From NCBI RefSeq assembly GCF_902771595.1, contig NZ_CACXXH010000001.1: a stretch of DNA of 64,000 bases. The stretch is one strand, 5' to 3'. This document shows positions 34,582 through 44,551 of the stretch, in pieces. The notes beneath the pieces were generated by a model. It saw only the letters and a program-made list of their open reading frames with translations. It did not search any database and was not told where the DNA came from. How positions within the stretch are numbered: position 1 is the stretch's first letter; each line of letters begins with the position of its first letter. The stretch comes from Fibrobacter succinogenes (GTDB lineage: Bacteria; Fibrobacterota; Fibrobacteria; Fibrobacterales; Fibrobacteraceae). Made by a program: the position numbers and the translations under genes.

Positions 34582-35841
34582 TTATTTAATTTGCACCTTC
34601 TGTACGGAACGGACGGAGCCGACCTGGACAGACAGCATGTAACTGCCCTGCGGGAGCATTGACGCATCGAAACCGAGCGTACCCATGGAATAGCTGTTAC
34701 CGAAGTCGAGCAGCATCTTGCCCTGCATGCTGAACACCTTCGCAGACACCGTATTGCCGTTCACCTTGACCGGAACGGTCACGCGACCCGAGTTCACGAC
34801 AGCCTTCCCGATAACGGAAGACGCCGCAGCGACCGCACCGATGGATTCGGTCGAAGAACTGGAACGGTGAACGTGATGATGGCTGGAACTGGAAGCGGTC
34901 ACGCTGCTGGAACTTTTCGGAGCAACTTCGCTCGAAGTGGGCCCAACGGCGGAACTGGATTCGGCTACGGAACTGGAACTGGTCGCTGTCGCCACGGGCT
35001 TAATCTTGTCACCCAAGACCTCGATCATCTTTTCGGCGTAGCGCTTACCGAAGTCGCGGTATTCCTGCGAGGTGAAGTGCACGTTCTGGCCATCGCCCAG
35101 AGCCTGGTTGAATCCTTCGGAAGACACCACGTAGAAGTTCTTGGACTGCTGCGGGAGCTTTGCGATGTTGTTGTTCGCGCCCTTGCTCACGCCGCTGCGC
35201 AGCACTTCACCCGCGAGGAACGGGATGTCGCTACCGAGACCCAGGTCCTTGATGATGTTGTCGTAGACCTTCTTGACCGCAGAAGGCCAATTGCCGTCAC
35301 CGGCGTCCGTTTCGCCCTGGTGGAAGATAATGCCCTTGATAACGCCGTCTTCCTGAGCCTTCTTGGCCATTTCAATCAAGCGACCGTAAGGGTTTCCGCC
35401 ATATTGATTAATGTAACCCGTCATCCAGCTCTGCGTTGCCGTGGCTGTACTGATATAGCTCTTGTAGTTATCCTTGTCGAACAGTTTGATGCTGCACCCC
35501 GCAACCGCAACCACAACGACACCCACCTTGATCTGGGAATCGGTCTTTTCGACCATCGTACGGCCAAAATAGTCCGTAGGGCCTAATTTAGCATTGTTAC
35601 AATGAGCCAGCGGAGGCGTAGCCTTGGCCCACTGCCCCTTCGTCTTGCCGGAACAGGAACCGTTGTCCGCCGACCAGAGTATCTGGAAACGCTCGTCAAC
35701 CGTCTTGTCCTGGTTTTCGATATTGCCCTGGCCTTCCATGTTGGACTGACCAAACGCGAGATAGATGTGGAAGTTAGGATCCGGTGCCGCATAAACGACC
35801 GATGCCGCACAGGCCGCCAGAATTATTTTTTTGATTGTCAT
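34582..35841 (-). CDS. Carbohydrate esterase family 6-like (SASA/DUF303 acetyl-xylan esterase type) with a Ser-rich linker and a T9SS-type C-terminal sorting domain
   Basis: I chose the ATG at 35841 (MTIKKIILAACAASVVYA). The SGNH block I is LAFGQSNMEGQG, followed by GIIFHQGETD. The C-terminal ~75 aa (KVFSMQGKMLL...LPQGSYMLSVQVGSVRSVQKVQIK) resemble a Por-secretion tail. Confidence 0.75.
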   Translation of the reverse strand: MTIKKIILAACAASVVYAAPDPNFHIYLAFGQSNMEGQGNIENQDKTVDERFQILWSADNGSCSGKTKGQWAKATPPLAHCNNAKLGPTDYFGRTMVEKTDSQIKVGVVVVAVAGCSIKLFDKDNYKSYISTATATQSWMTGYINQYGGNPYGRLIEMAKKAQEDGVIKGIIFHQGETDAGDGNWPSAVKKVYDNIIKDLGLGSDIPFLAGEVLRSGVSKGANNNIAKLPQQSKNFYVVSSEGFNQALGDGQNVHFTSQEYRDFGKRYAEKMIEVLGDKIKPVATATSSSSVAESSSAVGPTSSEVAPKSSSSVTASSSSHHHVHRSSSSTESIGAVAAASSVIGKAVVNSGRVTVPVKVNGNTVSAKVFSMQGKMLLDFGNSYSMGTLGFDASMLPQGSYMLSVQVGSVRSVQKVQIK

Positions 35842-36075
35842 TTTACACTCTCCATAAACAACAGCAGAACTAACCCAATTCTGCCTGCGTATTAATATAG
35901 ATAAAAAAAATTGGATGTCCGCCCCTACAGCCATTATCTGTTGTAGCATGGCGCAACACACAAAAGAAGCCTTTCTCGGTGCCTTTTTTTCGTTTTTTAC
36001 CGAATTTTCACACAATCCCATACCGCTAAAACGAACATTTATTTATATTCCCTATGTATTTATCGGAGGAATCCA

Positions 36076-36585
36076 ATGAAAAAGATTATCATGACGGCCA
36101 TCGCGGCCGCAAGCGTATGCCTTCTTTCCGCCTGTGGCGGTGACGACTCCAAGCCTTCTCGTGCTGACATGTGCGCCAAGGGCCTGAACGAAGATTGCCT
36201 CGTCGGCCTGTGGAACCTGCAGTCCATCCAGAGCAAGGACGGAAGCCAGATTTTCACGGACTTCGGCACCACCCCGAGCACGCTCGAATTTATGGACAAC
36301 GGACAGTTCCATTTCGTGTTCACGAACAACGGCAGTGTTTCCGAAATGGCCAGTGACGGCTGTGGCGGCACAGACAATTACGGGACATGGGAAATCACGG
36401 GCAGTGTCCTCAAGCTGAAGATTGGCCGTACCGACTGTCTGGAAACTGGCCGCAGCTACACGCTGACGCCGACCATCACCGAACGCAACCTGAACCTGAA
36501 CACGGTCGTCTTCCACGAAAACGACATGACCGACAATCTCACGAAGTCGATTTCTTCTGAATACTTCGTCCGCGTGGGCGAATAA
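36076..36585 (+). CDS. Small lipoprotein (lipocalin-like), function unknown
   Basis: Lipobox LLSAC. 169 aa, with CLVGLWNLQSIQ and GTWEITGSVLKL reminiscent of lipocalin-like domains. Confidence 0.65.
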   Translation: MKKIIMTAIAAASVCLLSACGGDDSKPSRADMCAKGLNEDCLVGLWNLQSIQSKDGSQIFTDFGTTPSTLEFMDNGQFHFVFTNNGSVSEMASDGCGGTDNYGTWEITGSVLKLKIGRTDCLETGRSYTLTPTITERNLNLNTVVFHENDMTDNLTKSISSEYFVRVGE

Positions 36586-36598
36586 GCGCAAGCCCGCT

Positions 36599-38578
36599 TC
36601 AACGCGAGGCGGGTTTCCAGCGTTTATCCTCGTACTCGTCGAGAATTTCCAGGGCACGATGCAACCGCATCTGCCCCTTTTTTGTTGCCGGAACAAACGT
36701 GCGGCAACGGTCGGCAAACACCGCGACGGTTTCTCCGGGGATACGACGCAGGCCAAGAGAAGCAAGCATTTTCTCGGCCGAATCCAATTTGCGCACGAGC
36801 TGCAAGACCGAAGCCCCGTAGTCAAAGCGCCTGCCACGACGACGCCATCTTTTCCAGACCAGGAACGACGCCAGCGCTACGACGACTAAAGCAAAAATCA
36901 CATTGAAGAGCGTACTCGAAAGAACGTTGCGGGTGACATCTTGCCAGGCGCTCAACGCGACCCTCCATTCCCCGTCCCTGAGGAGGTGGAACATCCGCGC
37001 CATGCGGGCGCGTAGCGCTTCCAGCTTCATCGTCATCCACGACGGGCTTTCCGTCTTCACCACAAAAAGAGGCGGCGTCGGGTCAAAAGGCATCCACCGG
37101 CCAAGGATACTGTAGAGTTCCACCCACGCATGCGAAGAATTACGGCGGAACAGCGCATAAGGGCGCCCAGGCATGACTTCCGGATGGGCAAAACCCGTCA
37201 CGTAGCGCGCCGGAATACCCGCATGCCGCAGCAGAAGTACAGACAAAGTAGCATAGTATTCACAATAACCCGAACGGGTGACCCAGAAGATGCGGAGCGG
37301 ATCGGAATGCGGGCCAAGTTTGCCTTCGGCGACAGCCCTAGATTCATCGATGTGCAAAGCATAGGCAAAATTGCGCAGGAAATACGAAGCGATGGCGTAG
37401 GAATAAACATACGGCTTCAAAGAATCCGGATAGGCGACAAGCGTATCAAGTCCCATCTCCGTCGCAACCGTATCGAGGAAGCCCGCAAGGGGCGTAAACA
37501 CCTGCAAGTAGGCGCTATCGGGCGTGTCGTCGTAATCCGCATTTTCTACACGAGCCGCGCCGGAATCCTTTGGCACATAGTAAAACCAATCGCCGCGTCG
37601 GATTTCGCCCTGCTTGAATATTTTCGACTTGAAATACACAACGGAATCCGCGTTCTTCGCGGCGATGGCAACGCTTCCATATGGCGCAAAAAGGAAACCG
37701 AAATTATCGAGCGTAGACTGCACCCACACGGGGCGGGAACTGTCGGCAGACGAAGCGGAATCATGCGTCTCAAAAACGGCATAATCCACCTTGTAGCGGG
37801 CAGGATAAAGCATGCTGTCGGAAAGCGCCGGCAGTTTCCAGATTCCGCCCGCATACTTTTCATAGACTGCAGCTCGCATATACGTCGGGGCAAGCGTATC
37901 CCACACGCGCAGGGCAACCTCGCGATTGTACTTGTTCACGTAATTCGATTCGAACGACCCGAGTTTCACCACAGGGTCGAAACCCATCAGGTGGCGCTTC
38001 GCAAAATAATCGGCAGCCTTTTCGCCGCGGTACTGCCCGTGCGAACGCCAGTACTTGAATCCGCCAAACGAAATCGCGGTGAAGCCTGCAAACAGGAGCA
38101 AAAACAGCGCATGTTTCCACAGTTTGCCTCCAGGCCTTCCGTAGGCATGGACCAGCAAAAGCAACGCCACGAAATTAGCCACGACACCCGCAGTACGGGC
38201 CTGGTAACAGCTAAGCAAGAGCACCGCCACGCCGTTGAAAAGGACGAACACGTCGTAACCGCCGTTCCCGAGGCTGCGTTTTTGCAGGTACGCAAGCGAC
38301 AGGAGGTAATAAGCGGGAATGTAAACAAGCCAAGGAGATATTCCGTACTCCACCTCGGGGCTGAGCACCCACCAGAAGGCGAAGGGAACGATAAGCCCGT
38401 AGGCGACCGACTTGCGGTACACGGGAACGCGTGACGCATCGTAGCGGAAAAGAAGTACCGCAAACGCAACGGCAAAGGCAAAGCCGAGCCAAGGCAAGTC
38501 AGAAGAGAATCCCAGATTCAAGGACGCCGCGCAGAGGAGGAGCGTCTTCGATATTTCGCGGAAGGAGAACTTTCTCAT
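36599..38578 (-). CDS. Transglutaminase-like membrane protein (DUF3488 plus a transglutaminase core)
   Basis: The ATG at 38578 overlaps the upstream stop (ATGA). It has an N-terminal multi-TM region. The core with catalytic Cys/His context is SGYCEYYATLSVLLLRHAGIPARYVTGF...SSHAWVE. Confidence 0.8.
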   Translation of the reverse strand: MRKFSFREISKTLLLCAASLNLGFSSDLPWLGFAFAVAFAVLLFRYDASRVPVYRKSVAYGLIVPFAFWWVLSPEVEYGISPWLVYIPAYYLLSLAYLQKRSLGNGGYDVFVLFNGVAVLLLSCYQARTAGVVANFVALLLLVHAYGRPGGKLWKHALFLLLFAGFTAISFGGFKYWRSHGQYRGEKAADYFAKRHLMGFDPVVKLGSFESNYVNKYNREVALRVWDTLAPTYMRAAVYEKYAGGIWKLPALSDSMLYPARYKVDYAVFETHDSASSADSSRPVWVQSTLDNFGFLFAPYGSVAIAAKNADSVVYFKSKIFKQGEIRRGDWFYYVPKDSGAARVENADYDDTPDSAYLQVFTPLAGFLDTVATEMGLDTLVAYPDSLKPYVYSYAIASYFLRNFAYALHIDESRAVAEGKLGPHSDPLRIFWVTRSGYCEYYATLSVLLLRHAGIPARYVTGFAHPEVMPGRPYALFRRNSSHAWVELYSILGRWMPFDPTPPLFVVKTESPSWMTMKLEALRARMARMFHLLRDGEWRVALSAWQDVTRNVLSSTLFNVIFALVVVALASFLVWKRWRRRGRRFDYGASVLQLVRKLDSAEKMLASLGLRRIPGETVAVFADRCRTFVPATKKGQMRLHRALEILDEYEDKRWKPASR

Positions 38579-39867
38579 AACGAGACCTCCCCCGCATCCA
38601 AGTTTTCGATGGGAACGAACAATGTATCGTCGTTGTGTTCGCGGGCAGAAGCGCACACCACGACCTGCTTGTGAACCAGCGAGTCCTTAACCGCAAAGAG
38701 CCCCACGCGAAGCACCGGCCCCATCGGGCGCGCCGCGGGCGACCAGAGTTCGGGTTCATCGCCGCGACCGCGGGACGCTTGTTTCCTGTCGCGAGAAACT
38801 TTTTTCGGACCGCCAAATGCTTTTTTCGGGTCGCGGGCTCGTTTTTCGCGAACACCTTCGCGGGCATAAATTTCGGCGCGAGGTATGCGGGCAAGAGTCT
38901 CGAGCAAGACGCCCGCGGCGTCCGTACCCGCAAGCGAAAATTCATCATCGCACACAAAGAGACGCCCGAGGATTCCCCGGTTCAGAAGCCACATCCCGAT
39001 GCCCGCCGCAAGCCGGATCATGGGTTCGAGCACGGACTTTTCGCGCAAGTTGCGCGCCCGGGTATCGAGCACGAGCACCACGCCCGCGCCGCGTTCGCCC
39101 TCGAACTCCTTGGTGAAGGGCCGCCCGTAACGCGCGAACGCCCTATAGTACAAGTCGCGCAGGGAATCGCCCTCGCGGTACTCGCGCACGCCCGCAAAAT
39201 CGAGCCCGCGCATAAAATTGCTCATCAAGAGCGGCACGAACGCAAGCCCGCTCTGGCCCGCCGTCAGGAACGGGAAGGCGGTGACGTTCTTCGGGCGCGG
39301 ATACACGAGAATTTCCGTCTCGCCCACCTTGAAAGGATTGCAGAGCATGCCCTTGATTTCGGGAACCGTGAGCGAAACCTTCGGGATGCGGTAGGCGCCC
39401 CGGAACCGCGTGCGGATGCAGGCCCGCAGTTCGCCCGTGCCACCCGCGGGAACCCCGCAGAGTTCCGGAGAGTTTTCGCCATCGAGCGACGGATCCATGC
39501 GGGAGCACGACGCCCACACGCAATCGATTGCGGTTCCGGCCTGGAGGCGCACCGAGACGTAGGCATTTTCCCCCTCGGTAGCGTTCTCGACATGTGAAAC
39601 GGAACCCGAGAGTTTTGTCTTTTTTGACGTGAGGAAGAGCGACGGGACCAGCGAAAGGATGAAGAGAAAAACGAAGCCCGAAAAAATCCAGGCAGCCCAG
39701 AAGCCGGCGAAGGCACCCGCGAATATGGAGAAGAGGAACAGAGCGGCGCAGGCGCGGCCCGGGTACGTGAAATATTCCCTCCACACGTAGTAGAGGCGCA
39801 TCAGCAGTCCCGCACGCTTGGGCGCACGGGGAATCGCACCCAGGAACCAGCTCAAGAATCGGCGCAT
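38575..39867 (-). CDS. DUF58 (vWA-like) protein
   Basis: I chose the ATG at 39867 (MRRFLSWFLG). The DUF58 signature is DFAGVREYREGDSLRDLYYRAFARYGRPFTKEFEGERGAGVVLVLD. Confidence 0.8.
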   Translation of the reverse strand: MRRFLSWFLGAIPRAPKRAGLLMRLYYVWREYFTYPGRACAALFLFSIFAGAFAGFWAAWIFSGFVFLFILSLVPSLFLTSKKTKLSGSVSHVENATEGENAYVSVRLQAGTAIDCVWASCSRMDPSLDGENSPELCGVPAGGTGELRACIRTRFRGAYRIPKVSLTVPEIKGMLCNPFKVGETEILVYPRPKNVTAFPFLTAGQSGLAFVPLLMSNFMRGLDFAGVREYREGDSLRDLYYRAFARYGRPFTKEFEGERGAGVVLVLDTRARNLREKSVLEPMIRLAAGIGMWLLNRGILGRLFVCDDEFSLAGTDAAGVLLETLARIPRAEIYAREGVREKRARDPKKAFGGPKKVSRDRKQASRGRGDEPELWSPAARPMGPVLRVGLFAVKDSLVHKQVVVCASAREHNDDTLFVPIENLDAGEVSL

Positions 39868-39881
39868 AGTTCCCCGCAATT

Positions 39882-40790
39882 CTATTTCGGGATGTCTACC
39901 TGACGGAGGATTCCGGCGAGGACATCACGGCTCGCGCCCCGTGCGGCGTCCTTCGGGAACACGCGGTGTTCCATGACCGGATAGAAGACCTTCTGGATAT
40001 CGTCCGGATTCACGAAGTCACGCCCTGCGACAAAAGCGCTCGCACGGGCCATCTTGACCAGGTTGAGGCCGGCGCGAGGGCTGGCCGCAAGCCTAACGCC
40101 CGCGTCGCTGCGGGTCGCCTGCACGAGCATGACCGCATAGCGTTCGAGCGCTTCGTCGATATGCACCTTCCGCACCGTCTCGCGGGCGGCGAGAACCTCC
40201 TGCACGCTCGTAACGGCGGAGAGCCTCTGGAGAGGCGTTCCCTCGCGGTGTCCGTGCAAAATCTGCATTTCCGTTTCCAGTGTCGGGTACCCGATGGAGA
40301 GCCGCACCATAAAGCGGTCCATCTGCGCCTCGGGCAGCGGGAAAACCCCGTGGAACTCCACCGGGTTTTCCGTCGCAAGCACAAAGAAGAGTTCGGGCAG
40401 CCTGTGGGCCTCGCCCTCGAGGCTCACCTGGCGTTCTTCCATCGCTTCCAGGAGCGCACTCTGCGTTCGGGGAGAAGCTCGGTTGATTTCGTCGGCCAAG
40501 AGCACCTGCGTGAAAACGGGACCCCTGCGAATCTCGAAATCTCCGGTATTCGCCCTGTACACGGCGCCCCCCGTAACGTCGGCCGGGAGCAGGTCGGGCG
40601 TGAACTGGATACGGGCAAAGTCCGCCCCTATGGCCACGGCGAGCGCCTTCGCGAGCGTCGTCTTCCCGGTACCGGGAACATCCTCTATGAGCACGTGACC
40701 ATCGGCGAGAAGCGCCATCACGAGCATTTCCACGCTGTCGTGCTTGCCGAGCAGCACGGAATCGAGAGCATCCATCAAGCGCTTTACCAT
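39882..40790 (-). CDS. MoxR-family AAA+ ATPase
   Basis: Walker A is DVPGTGKTTLAKALA and Walker B/sensor is LLADEINRASPRTQSALLEAMEE. Confidence 0.9.
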   Translation of the reverse strand: MVKRLMDALDSVLLGKHDSVEMLVMALLADGHVLIEDVPGTGKTTLAKALAVAIGADFARIQFTPDLLPADVTGGAVYRANTGDFEIRRGPVFTQVLLADEINRASPRTQSALLEAMEERQVSLEGEAHRLPELFFVLATENPVEFHGVFPLPEAQMDRFMVRLSIGYPTLETEMQILHGHREGTPLQRLSAVTSVQEVLAARETVRKVHIDEALERYAVMLVQATRSDAGVRLAASPRAGLNLVKMARASAFVAGRDFVNPDDIQKVFYPVMEHRVFPKDAARGASRDVLAGILRQVDIPK

Positions 40791-40818
40791 ATTTCCCGCC
40801 TGGTTAAAAGTTTAGGCC

Positions 40819-42366
40819 CTACACACCCTGGCTTTCGCGGTATTCGCCACCGAACGCCATCCCGCTCACCGAAAGAATCGGCGGGAACTGGATGCGCTTC
40901 GCGAGAGCGAGCCCGCGGAACCGCCTGTGCCATGCGCGCATATCCTCGAGCGCATCGGCCTTGGTCTTGAAAAGTTTCTTGAAGTACTTCGGGTCGGCTC
41001 CGATTTCCTTGCAGAGCGTTCCCTTCTCGAGCAATTCCTCGGTCTCGTCCAGGCCGTGGTTCCCGTCGACCCAGAAAGCGAAAAGCCTGTCGTGATACGG
41101 GTACTTGATCGGGTCGCCCTTGCCCTCGTCCACGTTCATCGCCTCGCTGAGTTCCGCACTCGCCGGCACGTCGATGGACGCCTTCGGGATAATTTCCTTC
41201 TTGCGGTTGATGTAGCCTGCCAGCTCGTACACCTGCGTCTTCCACAGGTCACCGAGAGCGCACATCACGCCGCAGGTATCGCCATAGAGCGTGCAGTAGC
41301 CGGCAGTGGCTTCGCTCTTGTTGCCGTTGCACGTGACGCCCGCGCCAAGCACCGAGGCAATCGAAAGCAGCACGGAAGAAGAACGGGTACGCGCCTGCAA
41401 GTTCTCGTAGGCAAGCCCTTCCACCTTGATTTTCTTGTCGCTGCGAACAAAGGAGCATTTTCCGAGGCTCTCGCAGACCGCGTTCAGCATATCCGAAATC
41501 GGGGCTACCATGTAGGGAGTCTTCAGGTTATTCGCCAAGTCGCGGGCCGCATTCTTCGTGGTGTCGGAATTAAACTTCGTCGGCATGTTCACGAGGTACA
41601 CGTTCTTCGCGCCAATCGCTTCCGCATACAACACCGCAGACACGGCGCTGTCGATACCGCCGCTCGCGCCGATGACCATGCGTTCGATATGGAACTTCTT
41701 CAGGTTCTCGCGGATCATGTACACGAGAGCGTCGTGCAGTACCGCAATCGGTTCGGCAGGCTTCACGGACTTCTCGCCCGAAACAAACTTCACGCGGCCC
41801 TTGGTAATATCCAGCAGCGCTTCGCATTCGCGGAACTGCGGCATGCGGTAAGCCACCTTGCCCGTCCTGTCGTACACGCGGCAGCCGCCATCGAGCGCAT
41901 AGATATTCTTGCCGGAATTTTCCGTCCCGACGGCACTCATGTAGACAATCGCCTTCTTGTTCTCCTTCACGAAATCCGTGCAGAACTCGTCGACAAAGCC
42001 TTCCTTTACGACAGAGAATTCCTGGTAATCCGAAACGACCTCGAAATCGTTGTCCCAGCCTTCCATGCAGCCGTCGACATAGTGGTTGTACATGCATTCA
42101 TCGAGCATGGCGCTCGTACCCACGAGGATTTCGATACCGTGCGAAAGCTTTTCAAGAACCTTTTCAGCATCGTTGCACTTGATCTGGAAGCCGATTTCGT
42201 CTTGCCTGGAACCGAGCTTGAAGAGATCGCCGGATATGGCGAACTCGGGGAACAGCACCGCCTCGGCACCCGCCTTCTTCGCGCGAGCGACCGCGGCCTT
42301 CATCTTCTTGATATTTTCTTCCGGCTTTCCCGGGACAACTTCCATCTGCACTAAATAGACTTTCAT
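40819..42366 (-). CDS. nadE: Glutamine-dependent NAD+ synthetase (CN-hydrolase plus NAD synthase domains)
   Basis: I chose the ATG at 42366 (MKVYLVQMEV). The PP-loop is MVIGASGGIDSAV and there is an N-terminal nitrilase-like domain. Confidence 0.85.
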   Translation of the reverse strand: MKVYLVQMEVVPGKPEENIKKMKAAVARAKKAGAEAVLFPEFAISGDLFKLGSRQDEIGFQIKCNDAEKVLEKLSHGIEILVGTSAMLDECMYNHYVDGCMEGWDNDFEVVSDYQEFSVVKEGFVDEFCTDFVKENKKAIVYMSAVGTENSGKNIYALDGGCRVYDRTGKVAYRMPQFRECEALLDITKGRVKFVSGEKSVKPAEPIAVLHDALVYMIRENLKKFHIERMVIGASGGIDSAVSAVLYAEAIGAKNVYLVNMPTKFNSDTTKNAARDLANNLKTPYMVAPISDMLNAVCESLGKCSFVRSDKKIKVEGLAYENLQARTRSSSVLLSIASVLGAGVTCNGNKSEATAGYCTLYGDTCGVMCALGDLWKTQVYELAGYINRKKEIIPKASIDVPASAELSEAMNVDEGKGDPIKYPYHDRLFAFWVDGNHGLDETEELLEKGTLCKEIGADPKYFKKLFKTKADALEDMRAWHRRFRGLALAKRIQFPPILSVSGMAFGGEYRESQGV

Positions 42367-42394
42367 AGGGCCTTCTTTTTTTCTAAAGAAATAT

Positions 42395-42431
42395 AAAAAA
42401 CGTTGCAGGAACAGACCCCGCAACGTTTTTT
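42395..42431 (-). terminator. Intrinsic terminator (AAAAAACGTTGC ... GCAACGTTTTTT)
   Basis: Perfect 12-nt arms (8-bp core plus an A/T extension). On the minus strand a T-tract follows the stem. It lies 26 nt downstream of the stop of 42457..43614. Confidence 0.7.
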
Positions 42432-42456
42432 TCAAATTCAGACATACGCCGCCATT

Positions 42457-43614
42457 TTACTCGTACATCGGCACTTCCCATTCCTTCGGAATGTTCGGTT
42501 CGTCGGTATCACCGTGCGCGTACTTGAATCCCTTCTTGGAATCGAAATCCGAGACAACGCCCATAACTGCGGCAGTGCAGTCCGTGTGCTCCAGGCAGCC
42601 AGTGACCTTGAGCATGAGGTTGTCCCCATACACGTCCCACATGCCCTTCTTTTGTGCTACGGTATTAACGCCCTTTTCTGCCTTGAGTAAAAACGATTTG
42701 TCATCCTTGAGGTCGAGCATCCAGTCGACTCCGTCAACAACCACGTCCCATTCCTGAGCCATGTCCTTCGCAGAAATCTTTTCGTATTCCAAATCAGACG
42801 ACTTGCACGAAAGCGACTTGCCCGTAGAGAACTCAATCCCGTATTCGGAGCTCACCGTTGCCGTGAACAAAGCCTGCAGGCGGCCGATGAAGAATAGCGG
42901 ACGCAGCAAAAGTTTGCCACGATGGATGTCGTAGTAGCCGGCAGACCAAGTATTATCCTTCTCGCCCTTGTTTTCCACAATGTAGCGGCCTTCATAGAAC
43001 GAGTAGATTTCCTTAGCGCCAGAATCCTGCTTGCATTCGAGTTTCTTTCCGGCAAGGTTCTCACCCTTCGATATGATGGTCGAAGACGTCTTGACTGAAG
43101 CTTCCTTCACGTCCTTGTACGTTTTGCCGTCAAGCGTGTACTGCAGCTGGTCTTCGTCGTTCACGATAAACCCGATAGAGCGGCCAGCATTCTGTTCGAC
43201 GAGGGCTTTCATGGAATCCACGACGCCCTTGGCATCGATCGCCGCGACAGTAGCCTGCGAGAAGTCGATTACGCCGTCCTTGAAATCGGAGGGGGCTGCA
43301 ATCCATGCGGTATCGGGAACCCAGATGGAGAACAGGCCGAGCTTCGTACCCGTAGCGAGGTACGCCTTGCCACCGAAGAAGCCGGAGAGTTCCATGTTAC
43401 GTTCGAGGTCATCGAGGGTGGCGACACGCGCACCCTTGGGAATATCCCTCTTCATGGACGAGGAGGATTCTTCCGCCTTCGAAGAAGAAGACTTTTCTGT
43501 GTTGTCGGCAGAAGACAGCAAATCGTCGGAAGCATCGGACGAATTGGTGTCGCCGCAGGCACCGAGAGTAAGCGCGAGAGCCGCGCAACCGGCAAGAATG
43601 AATGAACGTTTCAT
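42457..43614 (-). CDS. Lipoprotein of unknown function
   Basis: 385 aa with lipobox TLGAC and a Ser-rich linker. No family recognised. Confidence 0.65.
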   Translation of the reverse strand: MKRSFILAGCAALALTLGACGDTNSSDASDDLLSSADNTEKSSSSKAEESSSSMKRDIPKGARVATLDDLERNMELSGFFGGKAYLATGTKLGLFSIWVPDTAWIAAPSDFKDGVIDFSQATVAAIDAKGVVDSMKALVEQNAGRSIGFIVNDEDQLQYTLDGKTYKDVKEASVKTSSTIISKGENLAGKKLECKQDSGAKEIYSFYEGRYIVENKGEKDNTWSAGYYDIHRGKLLLRPLFFIGRLQALFTATVSSEYGIEFSTGKSLSCKSSDLEYEKISAKDMAQEWDVVVDGVDWMLDLKDDKSFLLKAEKGVNTVAQKKGMWDVYGDNLMLKVTGCLEHTDCTAAVMGVVSDFDSKKGFKYAHGDTDEPNIPKEWEVPMYE

Positions 43615-43684
43615 GCTAAATCCTTTTTTTTAAGGAATATAACTCCTTTCTCCGCAAAAAAACAACAAAATTGCAAAAAAAGGC

Positions 43685-44551
43685 CTATAAAGCGGCCTCA
43701 GGGTGATATTCAAGGTCTTTTTTCGCACTTTCTATGTCCGGAACGGCGTCATAGAGGAATCCGGCTAGCGCCTGTTCGGCAGATACGCGACGGCCGCCAA
43801 TACGGTTTTTGAACACCGCGAGCCTCTTCGCAAGCCACCAGGGAACGCTCAGCATCCAGTGCCGGAGGCCCGCCTGGCCAAGCACGCGACGCGCCATTTC
43901 GGCCATCGTCATCACCTCGGGCCCGGCAAGTGCATAGGTCTTGCCCACCGCCTCGCTCGCAAGCCCCGCGGCGGCAATGCCCTTCACCAGGTCCACGCTC
44001 CGTACCGGACGCTTCTTCGCGGTACCGCCGCCGGGCATCGGGTAAATCGGGAACCTGCATACGAAATCCGCGAACATGCGGAACTCCACGCCACCGCCGT
44101 CGCCTATCACGAGGGTCGGCCGCACGATGGTCCATTCAAGCCCGGATTCCTTCACCGCAGCCTCCCCCGCACGCTTGCTCGCGCCATAAGGGGTAAGCAC
44201 CGGGTAGGTGACCGAAATACTCGATACATAAAGGAGCCTGCGGATGCCCGCGTCCTGGCACGCCGAAACCACGTTCCGCGTGCCGCCCGCGTTTATCTTC
44301 TCGAAGGCCCGCGGGTCGTTAGAAAGGAGAATTGCCGCCAGGTGGAACACGCAGTCCACGCCCTCGAACGCGGGACGAATGGACTTGTAATCCGCGACAT
44401 TGCCATAAGCGACTTCCACTCCGGCCGGAAGCGACTGCACCAGTGAATCGCCCGGGAGCGAAAGAACGCGGACACACACACCGCGTTTCAAAAGTTCCCG
44501 GCAGAGCGCCCTCCCTACGACGCCTGCACCTCCCGTTACAAGCGCCTTCAT
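43685..44551 (-). CDS. NAD-dependent epimerase/dehydratase (extended SDR)
   Basis: The ATG at 44551 gives MKALVTGGAGVVGRALCRELLKRG (Rossmann GxxGxxG). The YxxxK region is YGASKRAGE. The start overlaps the dnaA stop by 1 nt (TGATG). The track start at 44821 is an over-extension. Confidence 0.8.
   Translation of the reverse strand: MKALVTGGAGVVGRALCRELLKRGVCVRVLSLPGDSLVQSLPAGVEVAYGNVADYKSIRPAFEGVDCVFHLAAILLSNDPRAFEKINAGGTRNVVSACQDAGIRRLLYVSSISVTYPVLTPYGASKRAGEAAVKESGLEWTIVRPTLVIGDGGGVEFRMFADFVCRFPIYPMPGGGTAKKRPVRSVDLVKGIAAAGLASEAVGKTYALAGPEVMTMAEMARRVLGQAGLRHWMLSVPWWLAKRLAVFKNRIGGRRVSAEQALAGFLYDAVPDIESAKKDLEYHPEAAL

Noticed and set aside
36586-36640. Possible hairpin (AGCCCGC...GCGGGTT) between the convergent genes at 36585 and 36599
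   Set aside because: The arms are imperfect and lie inside the 3' end of the minus-strand CDS. It is not distinguishable from chance.
43615-43684. Weak AGGCC...GGCCT hairpin plus T-tract after the epimerase gene as a terminator, and similar 5-bp hairpins at 63931-63950 and 55233-55245
   Set aside because: The stems are only 5 bp. That is too weak to call confidently without Term-seq support.
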